Shown here: positions 12,747 through 25,388 of the stretch, one piece after another
How positions within the stretch are numbered: position 1 is the stretch's first letter
Layout of the letters: the number at the start of each line of letters is the position of its first letter
DNA from: Octopus vulgaris
Taxonomy: Eukaryota
DNA length: 64,000 nucleotides
Direction of reading: 5' to 3'
Assembly (NCBI GenBank): GCA_951406725.2
Contig: OX597818.1
Location: 121,334,001 to 121,398,000, forward strand
Position numbers and translations under genes: made by a program
Notes under the pieces: model-generated
Told to the model about the DNA's origin: nothing
Databases searched by the model: none
The model's input: only the letters and a program-made list of their open reading frames with translations

Positions 12747-13037
12747 GGCGGCATTCTTTCGGTTTCCGTCTACCAAATCAACTCATTGGCCCGAGGGGTA
12801 CTCAACTTAGCTATTCATCAAGCTGAGAATACCTTACATTGTTGCTTGGAGTTCAAAAGTTAACTCACCGTAGTTGTGAATTGAAATGGATTCTGAAAGC
12901 GGAAGAACAGAATAGTAAGAAACGAATGTTTGAAGAAAAAAGAAAGCCGTCAAGACGTAAGAAAAGAAAGGATGGCGTGAAATATGTAGGAGTGAGAATC
13001 GTATAAGGTTGTTAGGCATGAGAGTAGGAGGAAAGAG

Positions 13038-13083
<46 letters not shown>

Positions 13084-13127
13084 CATATATATGTCTGTGC
13101 GCGTGTGTGTGTGTATGTATATATACT

Positions 13128-13629
<502 letters not shown>

Positions 13630-14183
13630 CTGTGTGGTAAGAATTTTGCACATGGTCTGGGTTCAGCTCATTTGTCTTAATGTGGATACCACGGATGTAA
13701 AGTGTATGTGCGTGGGTGTGCGGATGTGTTAGTACAGTGTGAACTAGACGAACGGCCAATAGCATCAGCACCAACTCTCCACTAAGAAATTAATACCTCA
13801 GGACCTGCTAGTCTCTAACTTTACCTATCCTACTTAAGTATCCATAACAACCATTCTTTCCCCTTAAACAAAAGCAACTATCTACACGTATCTTCCCCTC
13901 ATTCTTCATCCCACCCCTTTTCTACATTCCTAACAACCTTTTACAATTTCCACTCCCACACATTTGACCTCATCTTTTCCTTTTTTTACTTCTTGGTCGT
14001 TTTTCTTTCTTCGAAGATTTCTTTTATATGTTCTCTTCATCCGGCTTCAGCATTGATCTCAAATCACATCTGCGGTGAGTTAACTTTGGAATTTTAAGCG
14101 GCAATGTGGCCTTCACGTAATTAAGGTATTCTAGGCCTAGTGATTAGCTAAGTCGAGTATCCCTCGTTGAGTAATTATTACAC

Positions 14184-14214
14184 CAGAGGATCAGCTAGCT
14201 AAGAAACATATGTA
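14184..14214 (+). ncRNA. Degenerate PLE-type minimal hammerhead motif
   Basis: CAGAGGA-TCAGCTAGCTAA-GAAACATATGTA: one core mismatch, palindromic stem III ACATATGT, GUA triplet; stem I not evident. Confidence 0.4.
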
Positions 14215-14519
14215 GCCTGGTTTTTACCCGTTCAACGCCTTCAATTTGGATTTTTATTCGTATTCACAGCAACTCTAGTTGCTAACTGTTAGGTATACAG
14301 AAACTTTCAGCTTATCGAAATTCCTCATAATTTCGATATAGGAAAAAGTGTGTAACCTTCGACACCAATAAACTTCTATTGTTCCCGGCCGTATGCTGTC
14401 CACTTTTTTGTGTTTTGATCAAGGCAATCACATAAGTAGAACTTCAACTACTGTTCAAACTGGAATTTTGGTGACACACATATTTGTGCCCTCAAAACGC
14501 ACGAAAACTACTCGTATCC

Positions 14520-14536
14520 TCTCTATCTCACTCTCA

Positions 14537-14596
<60 letters not shown>

Positions 14597-14686
14597 TTAG
14601 AGATAAAACCACTATTAGGCAAATCAAACAGTGAAAAACATAAACCAATACATAGAAATAAAATTAATTAATATACACACACACAT

Positions 14687-14762
<76 letters not shown>

Positions 14763-14804
14763 GTATCTATCAATCTAGCTAGCTATCAATCTAGCTAGCT
14801 ATCA

Positions 14805-14884
<80 letters not shown>

Positions 14885-14905
14885 GTTTGTCTATCTATCT
14901 CTCTT
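14520..14905. repeat. Compound (CT)n/(TA)n/(CA)n/(CTAT)n microsatellites with an ~80-bp AT-rich insert
   Basis: Direct. Confidence 0.9.
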
Positions 14906-15277
14906 TACATGTATACATACGAAAGAGGCATTCAACACATTATTGGGAGTTCCATTATTATTTATAACAGTTTGATTTGAACCCGTGCAACTTAAAATTT
15001 CGTAGGCCGGATACAGGAATCTAGCTCGTAAAGTGATGGGGTGATACAATAACTTCAAGATGGCTACGGGAAACTGCGTTGTTATAGGTCAAAGTGTGTG
15101 TGTAAGGTGGGGGGTCACATGGTGTCGTTGAAAATAGTACTAAAATTTCTGTGACATCGAAGCCATCAAAATAGAGTTACGAAACTGAGGTGGCTTCTTG
15201 CTGCCTGTATACTATTCGAAGATCTTAAGTGACATCAAATTGATGACGATCGAATGCATGCGTCTGTGTATGTGTTC

Positions 15278-15328
<51 letters not shown>

Positions 15329-15482
15329 ATGACTTCTGTATGAATGGGTGGATGTGAGTGTCTGATGCGTATGCATATGTATGTGCTGTGCCTAGCGTAT
15401 GAGTGCAGGGTGATCGCACCAGTTCTATGGTGCGTATGTAGATGTTTGCTGGGGTGTGTGTGCGTATGGTACTATGGTACAG

Positions 15483-15712
15483 GGCGGCGAGCTGGCAGAA
15501 CCGTTAGCATGCCGGGCGAAATGCGTAGCTGTATTTCGTCTGGCATTATGTTCTGAGTTCAGATTCCGCCGAGGTCGACTTTGCCTTTCATCCTTTCGGG
15601 TCGATAAATTAAGTACCAGTTACGCACTGGGGTCTATATATTCGACTTATTCCGTTTGTCTGTCCTTGTTTGTCCTCTCTGTGTTTAACCCCTTGTAGGT
15701 AATAAAGAAATA
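15483..15712 (+). mobile_element. Family A SINE, monomer
   Basis: Full head GGCGGCGAGCTGGCAGAA to tail AAAGAAATA; TSD GGTACTATGG at 15468-15477 and 15713-15722. Confidence 0.92.
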
Positions 15713-16000
15713 GGTACTATGGGGTGGAGTGTATTAAATATGTAGGTGTGTGCTTGTGTGCACATACACATGGGCGTGTATGTCAGCTGTGTATATCAGC
15801 TGTGTGGGTATGTGTGTATACAGATACGTGTGCGTTAGCATCTACATGTGCGTATGAGCTTAGAATTTATGTTTGGGCGTGTGTGCGTATGAATGCCTGG
15901 TGTACGTGAGTATGCATTTCTAAATTTATATAAGTAAGTATAAGTGTGTGCGTGTTACCTGAATGAACCGATATGCGTATGTGTTCATGTGTGCCTGTGT

Positions 16001-16905
16001 TTATATGCGGTGTGTGTATATCTGCGTTTCACTATGAGTTCGATTGGCATATTCAAACAAGGTTGTAACAGCGATATTGGTGGGCGTGACTATCATGCCC
16101 ATGTAGATTCTTGTGATGCCATCGGATGGTGTGAGAGTGGTTCTGTAGAATACAGCCTACGAGCAGCAGGATCTCTCGAGAGGGCAGTTGGTAGGATTTC
16201 GTAAGTTACAGGTTAGGTTTGGAAGTTGTGTAAGTGCATGCTTGCACCTTTTGTAGCGTATAATGTTAGAAACGATGTTTTCTAAACAGGAATCGCGCAC
16301 TTTAACTTTATGCAGGTTGAAAAGGTTATAGTACTTGTGGCCTCAAGGGAAATGCTTCTTGATCAGTGACAGGAAGCTCCTAGCTAGGTTGGTGGAAACT
16401 TCTGAGTTAAATGGAGGGTTGAACCAAATAATCTTTCTCTTTCCGATCCTCTGTGGATACAGAGGTGGAGTTGGAGTCCTCCAGATATGCTAATTTATTA
16501 AATCCGTTCCTCGCTAATGCCTCATTGTAGTGGAGGGTCGCCCTATGAAGATCTCTCTATCGGCTGAAAACTTAGAGATTCTTCTGTTAACGCTTGAAAC
16601 TCGGTTTCTAATTACAGCGTGAGTGGAGTGGCGGTAAAGGCTGTAGATGTACACAGTTTCCTCGTTGCGCTTCCTGTAAGGGTAGTACTTACCCATTTTC
16701 TGACTGCCTGCATTTAGGATTGGGGAAAAAATTGTGCTTGTGATCCTTAAGTGTGATATGGTAGGGAGCAGACGGTAAAGTTTTCCAAATGGTCCTCTGT
16801 ATTTAAAAGGATGGATAACTCCTTCATTTCTGTATTAAAATCGGTGTATGTGGAGGTGCCGGTATGTTTTTTGTATGTTTTGCTAATATCATTACTGAGG
16901 AGTCT
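16001..16905 (-). pseudogene. Decayed Penelope-like retroelement ORF (RT flanks + linker + GIY-YIG), Naiad-like, internally deleted
   Basis: Minus-strand translation with stops and frameshifts: DISKTYKK..ITLKDHKHNFFPNPKCR, GKYYPYRK..RRISKFS..YNEAL, RKIIWFNPPF..FLSLIKKHFP, CNLRNPTNCPL..C..VFYR..IYMG, LNMPIELIVKRR*. These match PLE RT/GIY-YIG motifs as I recall them. Confidence 0.85.
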
Positions 16906-17324
16906 TGCACCCATACGTAACGCACATACTAGCAAACATGTACATGCGCACCATCGAGCTAATGCTACCAGCCTTCACCCACTCATCAGCTTACACACAC
17001 ACACGCGCGCGCACAGCAAGATATATACTACACATACCCATCTGACCCGGATACCCATGAATTCATACAGCAGGCATACACGCAAACACACACTCTCGGT
17101 TTCTCTCTCTCCCTTGTTCTCTTTTCTCTCTCTCTCGCTCGCTTGATTCGATGTCGCTTATAATTCCTACCAATATTCGCTCGACGGTCCGAGAAATTCA
17201 GTTTGGAGGATTCTATTTTGATGGATTCGATGTCGCTGGAATTTCAATATTATTTCCAACAGCACCATGTGACCCGCCTGGGCCAATAGTTGCCCGATTT
17301 CCAATAGCCAATATATTATATATA

Positions 17325-17600
17325 CATTCTTTTATTCTTTTACTTGTTTCAGTCATTTGACTGCGGCCATGCTGCAGCACTACCTTCAGGGATTTTAGTC
17401 GAATAAATCGACCTCAGGACATACTTTTTAAGCGTTGTATTTAATCTATCGGTCTCTTTATCGAACCGCTAAGCTACGGGGACGTAAACACACAAACACT
17501 GGTTGTCAAGAGGTGACGGAGGACAACAAAGACACATACACACATAGATATACACACACACATATATATACGACGGGCTTCTTTTAGTTTCCGCCTACCA
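17325..17600 (-). mobile_element. Family B SINE, 5'-truncated
   Basis: TACTTGTTTCAGTCATTTGACTGCGGCCATGCTG...CGACGGGCTTCTTT. Confidence 0.85.
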
Positions 17601-17720
17601 AGACTTTATATTAAAGTCTGAAACTTATTTTAGCGATCCATTTTCGTCAGACCGCTAAGTTATGGGACATAAAAAGCAATCACTTATTTCTCAAACAGTT
17701 TCAACGCAATATATGTATAC

Positions 17721-18026
17721 GTGGAGGCGCAATGGCCCAGTGGTTAGGGCAGCGACTCGCGGTCGGAGGATCGCGGTTTCGATTCCTAGACCGGGCGTTG
17801 TGTTTGTTTATTGAGCGAAAAAACCTAAAGCTCCACGAAGCTCCGGCAGGGGGTATTGGCGACCCCTATTGTACTCTTTCGCCCCAGCTTTCTCTCACTC
17901 TTTCTTCCTGTTTCTTAAGTAATGCTGCGATGGACTGGCGTCCCGTCCAGCTGGGTGGAACACAGAAGCCGGGAAACCGGGCCCGTGAGCCTGGCTAGGC
18001 TTGAAAAGGGCGCATAAAAAAATAAG
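17721..18026 (+). mobile_element. OR1-like-headed SINE with tail T2
   Basis: Same head as 6713; tail GCTGCGATGGACTGGCGTCCCGTCCAG..GAGCCTGGCTAGGCTT; TSD TATGTATAC at 17712-17720 and 18027-18035. Confidence 0.88.
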
Positions 18027-18112
18027 TATGTATACACAATTACTCAGGTTTATGGATCTCTCTTTCCAATGAATATCAACATTATGAAAAGGTCTGCTTC
18101 ATTTAATACATA

Positions 18113-18328
18113 CGAGGGGTTGCTGAAAAGTTCCTGTCTTTGGATAAACGAAAATACAAGTGGATCAGTTAATTATGATTTTATTCAATATATTCCTTTC
18201 TCAGATTCATACACTTATTGCAGCGGTTCCTCAGTTTTTGTAAGTCATGTAAAAGTACTCGGAAAGTTGGGCCACCACCCACGACTTTCGCGACAACCTT
18301 AAAGCTAGGAAATTTTCAGCGCCCCTCG
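18113..18328. mobile_element. Mariner-type MITE
   Basis: TA-flanked TIRs CGAGGGGTTGCTGAAAAGTTCCT / AGGAAATTTTCAGCGCCCCTCG; second copy at 56713. Confidence 0.85.
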
Positions 18329-19092
18329 TACTTAAACATAAATTATATTTTTATCATTTTATTTTACAAAACCAAAGAGATATGATTTTGCATAACTCAC
18401 CCAACTAGAAATATCAACCAAATCTCATTTAAAATCACACCCCGTCCGGCTGCAATTTTTGCCCGGGAAATATCCCTTTAGAGACGTATTGTGATTTTTA
18501 ACACAATATATTCCTGAGTTAAGCGAAACGAAATTCCTTTAGAATTGACCGAAAGAGCGACAGATACGTATTTCTCCATTTTTGCGGCTCCTCAGTGTCA
18601 CGTACTTGTGTCACTTCCGAAACATCGAATCAGCTCGTCTAATGTATGTAGAGATAGTATATAAAGTATACACTGGTTTGCAAAGGCGCCGAATAAGCAG
18701 ACTGCTTCTATTGCATAATTCAAATTACAGCCTGTCATTTTTCGAAGTAACAGTATTGGGTAAATTGTATCTGAAATAGAAACGGTATTATCACGGCTTG
18801 TATACTTTTGATTACAGATAGCAACAACAACCTGAAAAAAAACAAACAAAAAAAACAGTAGATTACTTTTATCGAAAATCTTTGTTCGTTAAACGTACTA
18901 TGCATAAATGAGCTAATCGGCTGTTATTCACATATGTTGAAATAAAATATCTTGTCGCTCCGACTCTCGATGATTAAAATAAGCTAAACGAAAGACATGT
19001 TGCATTTCATAGCGTTAACCTAAATATAATGTCACCATTCTGACATGCCATGAAATTGTGATCGTCAGTAAGTATTTCATGACATAAAGACA

Positions 19093-19232
19093 AGAATTAG
19101 ACGCCTTACCAATATTAACATTTCAGACTTGCTACATTAAAAGTGCAAACAATTCTAAACATGAGGATTAGATGCCTTACCAGTATTAGAATTTTAGGCT
19201 TGTTATATTAAAAGTGCAAACAGTTCTGAAAC
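19093..19232 (+). repeat. ~72-bp two-copy tandem duplication
   Basis: ATTAGAYGCCTTACCARTATTA...ATTAAAAGTGCAAACARTTCT repeated. Confidence 0.8.
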
Positions 19233-20861
19233 AAAAAGAAAAGGTTCCGTCGTGACAAGAATTTAATTAGGGACAGTTCCACTTAAGTAAATTTCTTTGG
19301 TTGGACTTTTGAGTTTCTTTATAAACACTTTAAGATATTTCAAGTTACAAAGGAGTAGAGACACCCTGGAGAGAAGAAACTTATAGAGTTGTATTATTCA
19401 AGTAAGTGGAGAAGGTGAAGAGTGAAAGGCGAAGATTACTTCAAAATAAAATTAATGAGTTTGTACGAAATAGCAAAAAAAAAAAAACGAAAAATTAGAC
19501 TTTCCTGTAATACAATCCAAATTTATTTATATTTTTTATTGATTCGCGCAGATTCTTGAAAACACTTGAAACATTACTAAAATCGTTCGCTTTTTAAATA
19601 AATAAATAAATAAAGTACGCGTCAACAAGCGTCTGGAATATTTTTTTTCTCTTTTGGCTGCCAGTTCTTCGTTGGGAAATTTTAAAACTATTCTCAGAGT
19701 CAATGCTCTTTCTCTGCTAACATTTCACTTACTTGTCTATGTTTTGTTAAGTTTTTTTTTTTTTGTTCGTTAAAATTCTCTTAAACGTCTTCTGTTCTAT
19801 TAGTCCTATATATATATATTTCACCTAACACTAAACTGCGCCGATTCAAAATCTCTTAACATCGAAAGAAATCTCACAACTCGCTCCGGGACAAATTTTT
19901 AAACAGCAACCCCTCTTATAACGATTATGGGTCCTAGAAGTAGAATCTAAATCTCCTTCAATCACCATTCTACTGCTTTATAAAAAACACAGTAGACAGC
20001 AAAAACACCAATCGCAACAATTCCAAAGATGAAATGGAAACGTTATTGATTGCCTTTTTTCTTTTTCTTTACTTTAAAAGTAATCTTTTATCTTTTATCA
20101 CTTATTTGGTTCAGTCATTAGACTGCGGCCATGCTGGGTCACTGCACTGAAGAAATTTTAGTCGAATGTATCGACCCCCAGAACTTATTTTTATAAATAC
20201 TTATTGTATCGGTCTCTTTTGCCGAACCGCCACGTGTACATAAACTCCACCAGCACCGTTTAAATGCTCCTAGTCTGCTGCCAGTTAGAAACAGCAGCCA
20301 AGAGGAACGAACAAGTCGAGCATTTCATGGCAACGCTCGTATAAGAAAATATCCAACATCAACGATTCTCCCATCATACAACTGCCCAAAACGACCACCA
20401 CTACATCTGCTGAACAAAAGGTAACTTTTATGGCAGCATTCCACGTCCTTAGTCGAGAGTTTCGGTAGCACTTCTATGTGGCATCGATGTCCACCATCTC
20501 TAGTCCGTCATTCCTTGCAAAGAATTTGGGCGCATATATTTACGTAAAACCGGATAGCACACGCTCGCTGCGGTCCACTAAAGACATAAGTGGGATTTCA
20601 TAGCCACGAGTGTCTTCAGCACCTGTACCCAGTGAATGCCGTTCGCGCCTTCTTTCTGACAGTAAGCGCCCTAGCAGAGCAGCGCATCCTTCGTACAATT
20701 CTCTCAAAGCTTTGGCCAAATCGAACTTGCGCCGGAAAATAGTTACTCATCTTCTGTCACAAGATAGTTGCCCATCACGCAATGGCTTGAAGATAAAGTT
20801 ACGCACTCGTAAAGTGAACGGGTTACCAACCAATTACAAATTGAACGAGGGTTTTTGTATG

Positions 20862-21185
20862 TGGGCTCAGTGGTTAGAGCGTCGGGCTTACGATCGTGAG
20901 GATGTGAGCTCGAATCCCGGACCGGGCTGCGTGTTGTGTTCTTGAGCAAGGCACTTTATTTCACGTTGCTCCAGTTCACTCAACTGTAGAAATGAGTTGC
21001 GACGTCACAGGTGCCAAGCTGTATCGACCTTTGTCTTTCCCTTGGATAACACTGGTGGCGTGGAGAGGGGAGGCTGGTATGCATGGGCGACTGCTGGTCT
21101 TCCATAAACAACCTTGCCCGGACTTGTGTCTAGGAGGGTAACTTTCTAGGTGCAATCCCATGGTCATTCATGACCGAAGGGGGTC
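20862..21185 (+). mobile_element. OR2-like (CORE-type) SINE with tail T3
   Basis: A-box GGCTCAGTGG, CORE-like GTGTTCTTGAGCAAGGCACTTTA; tail GTGCCAAGCTGTATCG...ATGACCGAAGGGGGTC. Confidence 0.85.
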
Positions 21186-21879
21186 AGGAAGTTCGATCTG
21201 CTAGAAATAGAAGTCAAATCTCCTTATGCTTTTGCCTTAAGAGACTGGGCACATTGGATGATGTGGTCCTTGATCCACTTTCTCTGAAAAAATAGAAAAG
21301 AATGATGGTCACGACTGGAAAGGTCTTTGATCATAATTTTGCTAAGGTGGGCGAATGAAATAAAGAACCAGCAACGATTACAATGTATTTCAATGAGTTG
21401 AGTCTTCCATTACCTGTACTCACTCAGAGGCAACATCACCGAACACTACTTCTATACTGAAAAAGTAGGCCCTGTGCAGAGTTTATAGGTGATAGATTGG
21501 TTAAAACAGAAAATAGGATGTTCCCTCAATGTCTGACTTCGACAAAAGGATTCATCGTTTTAGACTGACTCTGTTTCCTTAAGCGTGATAGCGTCACTAT
21601 GGAGACTTCCTTAAGATGAAGCTTGTTCTTGATAATTTCATAATCACCAAAGCTCTGCGTAAGTTTAACTAATTTGCAGTATGCAAGCATACTAATTACG
21701 CTTCTGGTTTGTTATCGTCGCACAATATTCAAGAAGAAGTGATTGGACGTTTTCAATATCTGTAACGGAACAGTGACAATAAAAATGAGAATCAATCAAT
21801 CAGTCACTTTTTCTGCTTCCATTTTATTATTCATTAATTTGGATCCCCTCCTCAGATTAACTCTTTGCTTCTCTTGTGT

Positions 21880-22078
21880 ATCACATGTGAAACACAGGGT
21901 GTATTTCCCTGGCATCCACGCATTTATGTATATGGTATACATTTCCAGTTGTTAAAGCCTTAACCAAAGGAAAGATTTATATTACTCAGAACGTATGGAA
22001 CAAGGGCTACGAGTTTGAAAACAACCATGTACGTTTAGGACAAACTTGTGAAAATGCTTTGGATTGGCAAAGGGTTAA
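21880..22078 (+). mobile_element. Right end of a TTAA-ended (piggyBac-like) non-autonomous element
   Basis: Ends GGCAAAGGG-TTAA; homologous to 61605-61690 plus 62173-62290. Confidence 0.6.
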
Positions 22079-22440
22079 AAGACAATTCAGAAATCTAGTC
22101 AGCTTAGACGATTAAACTTCCATCTCGGCAGATTAGACTTCCAACTAACAATATTACTTAACCTCAAATTGGGCATTTATTTAGATATTCACTTAACTTT
22201 AAAATGATTAAAGCATCCTCTTAGCTTAGAACATTAGACTTTCATTAAGTTTAAGCGAAATGGTGTGGAACAAGTCTCATCTCAGAAAAAAAACATTATC
22301 TATAAGACATGATTAGAGCTCACTTTATTTGAGGTAGCAATGCTTAAGTAAATTATTGCATATCGCGCTGTTAGCCTAAAATGATGAATTCGTTTGTTGA
22401 AGTCAATGATAGAATTTCGTATAATTCTAATTAAACCATT

Positions 22441-22870
22441 AATAAATCTCTGTACGAGATATAAACAGCAACCGCTCGACAACGTAAAGTGTACTAGCCA
22501 TCTGAATGTGGCTAGCCACTGGGGTTGGTTTGTTACTGATGTTTTTAGCCCCAGGAGATCAACGTCACCAGCTGGCCTTAGACACAAAATTTCAGTGCCC
22601 TTGTGTTATTTGCAAAGGGAGGTCTTCCTCCCTCGAAAACCTAAGTGATACATACGGACTATAGTTTCGAGAGGCAATTACCTTGAAACTATAGTCCGTA
22701 TGTATCACTTAGGTTTTCGAGGGAGGAAGACCTCCCTTTGCAAATAACACAAGGGCACTGAAATTTTGTGTCTAAGGCCAGCTGGTGACGTTGATCTCCT
22801 GTGGCTAAAAGCATCAGTAACACCCCACCCCAGTGGCTAGCCACATTCAGATGGCTAGTACACTTTACGT
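22441..22870. mobile_element. Palindromic retro-insertion (PLE pLTR-like) with 14-bp TSD
   Basis: Near-perfect ~190-bp arms spanning 22482-22870; TSD CTAATTAAACCATT at 22427-22440 and 22871-22884; apex GA-GAGG-CAATTA-CCTT-GAAACTATAGTC resembles the 3' half of a hammerhead. Confidence 0.85.
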
Positions 22871-23285
22871 CTAATTAAACCATTTCATCACAAATAAATA
22901 ATACGCATCCATTTTATCAAAAAATGATGTAAGTAATTGTTAAAAGTATAACTCAAAATATATGTTCTAAAACAAAATAACTGGAAGGTATTGTTACAAA
23001 TATTTCGAATTCGGTTCGTGGAAATTGAACTGTCAACGAGCTAATGAGAAAGTGAAAAAAACATATTCTTTGAACGTCTTGTAAACTATCTCGTTTCGTA
23101 AAATGTTTAATTTAGAGTTAAAATGTTTAATATATTTGCCTAAGAGGCAAATATATTACTCTAGATTATGTTACGCTAATGATTTCAAATAAGTTTGAAA
23201 TAGCACTAACATGACTACCTTTGACTAAAAAGGTATTTAAGGTCTTTGTAACGAGTAGAAGATAAATATTGAATACGTAGTTATA

Positions 23286-23538
23286 CAGGGTGTTCAAAAG
23301 GTCTCACCGCAGTTAATTTTTTTCACCCTGATTCCCCAAGATGTATTTCAAAACATGAGTAGAAGAGTCAACTTATGTATTGAAAAAGAAGGACGACACC
23401 TTCAACACTTCTTATAAAGTTTTTTTTAAGTCTTGTAGTCTAATATATTCTTTTGTCTAATATATTCTTTTATACCATCTTATAAACATTTATTTTGCAA
23501 TAAAATCCTTACTGTGGGGGGACGTTTTGAACACCCTA
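23286..23538 (+). mobile_element. Tc1/mariner-superfamily deletion derivative
   Basis: TA-flanked TIRs CAGGGTGTTCAAAA / TTTTGAACACCCT; internal MSRRVNLCIEKEGRHLQHFL* resembles a transposase C-terminus. Confidence 0.85.
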
Positions 23539-24786
23539 TATTTTGTGCATCTTTGTTACTCTTAGATTTAAAATTCGAACTTCTCACCGCGCCATGATTT
23601 ATGATTTATCTAGAAGTAATTATCTCCCGTACAATTACTGCTGCGAGGGTGTCATGTCTCCAAATTAAATATAATCTTTTCATAGAAATAAAATTAAGCG
23701 TACACGTAACCCTAATTTTTTTGTCTCATCACCAATGAAAAAGACTCATCTTCGTGGATGTTAAACCAAAGGAGTCTCTATACAGCTGCAGAGGCGATTC
23801 AGGAGTCGCAATTAAGTCGACGTTAAAATCGAAACTCATACTTGAGTTGCCTTGTCTGGAGTTTATAAAAGGATGCGTTGTTCGTGCAAGGGCGCATTAT
23901 CATTATAAATGAGTAAATGTCATTTGGTGAATGGAGGGACGAAAACGGTTATGGAACCACATTTCTGTCTTTAGGGAACCACTGCGTGCATGTGCTATCC
24001 GGTTGCAAGCAAATGTATGCGTAAGAAATCTTTGCAAGGAGTGACAGACTGAAGATGGTGGAAATCGATGCCCCTGAGATGGGCTGCCGACTTTGTTGTT
24101 TCCTCAATTCTTGAAGAGGAATAATTTTGTAAAATATTTACTATTATTTCATGAAGTTTTAAGGTAAGCTAGCAGAATCGTTACCATGACGGCAAAATGC
24201 TTAGAATTTCCTCCAGTTTAATCTTCTGAGTTCAAATTCTGCCGAGTTCGATTTTTGGCTCTCATCTTTCTGGGGTCAATAAAATAAGTACCAGTCGTTC
24301 ACTAGGGTTGATGTAGTCGACTAGATTTCAACCCTTGTGCCTATAGCAGAAATAATTATTCCATGAATCCTATAAAAAAGATGAAAAGGATATCAGGCCC
24401 TGTGAACTGTAATATCTGGGGATCTATAAAGAAATTATAATTGACTCGCGTCGGTGTTATTCTTTCATCCTTTACCTTTGTTGTTTACCCCTCCTTTCTC
24501 TCGCTTAGCCTTGATTCAGTCGACCTATGATCAAAAGCGTGTTAACCGCATACATCATTATTTTTGTTCTTGACATAATCTATATGAAACTACACGATCT
24601 AATATTTGTTATTTTTTAAAGAGTGTGGAATGTAATTTTAAGGAAGATTTAGCTACTATTTCTAGCATATCGAACGACCACTCAAGAGGTATTTCCATTG
24701 GCTTGGTTCAGATGCCTTGCGCTCCTCAGTTGCTTGGTATTGCATGCTTTTCTGTAATTGTTGCATAAGATACGTAAATGCTGTTC

Positions 24787-24997
24787 GTTATTTACTTTAA
24801 TTATAATTGACGGATATTCGTCCTCATCTTGTTTGTTGTTAACACAGCATTTCGGCTGATATATCCCCCAGCAGGAGGCTGGAGTGTATATCAGTTGAAA
24901 CGTTGTGTTAACAACAAACAAGATGAGGACGAATATCCGTCAATTGTAAACAATGTAAATAATGTCCATAATTCCTCATCTCTTAAATATAGAACTG
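24787..24997. mobile_element. Family E element collapsed to a hairpin centred on the hammerhead
   Basis: Arms TTGACGGATATTCGTCCTCATCTTG... / ...CAAGATGAGGACGAATATCCGTCAA meet at CCAGC-AGGAG-GCTGG (~24868-24882); ends TTAAATATAGAACTG. Confidence 0.85.
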
Positions 24998-25388
24998 TAT
25001 TATAAATAATGTTATTCTTGAACCTCACATCACCTTTTACTGTTTTAAAATAGGAAAGATACACTGAACATTATAATCCTTGATATACAAAAAAGGTGTG
25101 ATGGTCATGACTGGAAAGCCTTTCATCAAAGGTCTTCTGTTTTAAAGAAATTTTGTAGCGGTAAGACTTCTAATTGTAAAATGTCGTTCGGCACTAACAT
25201 AAATGGATTCTAGCATCTTCGACTCAGCAATTCCTCTGGGCAGTTTTTCCTACTTTTCCTAAGACCGTTCCAGATCAAAGGAGTTAATCGTTTAGTGTGA
25301 ATGCGGTATTCATGACATTCTCAGCAATAAGAAATAAATATTTGAACATAGAAGTAATAACAAAATTATGCAATTCATTTCTAGAATA

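Noticed and set aside
20510-20590. GIY-YIG-like IPCKEFGRIYLRKTG on the plus strand
   Set aside because: The homologous copy at ~24000 shares the in-frame TAG and does not conserve the motif; likely chance.
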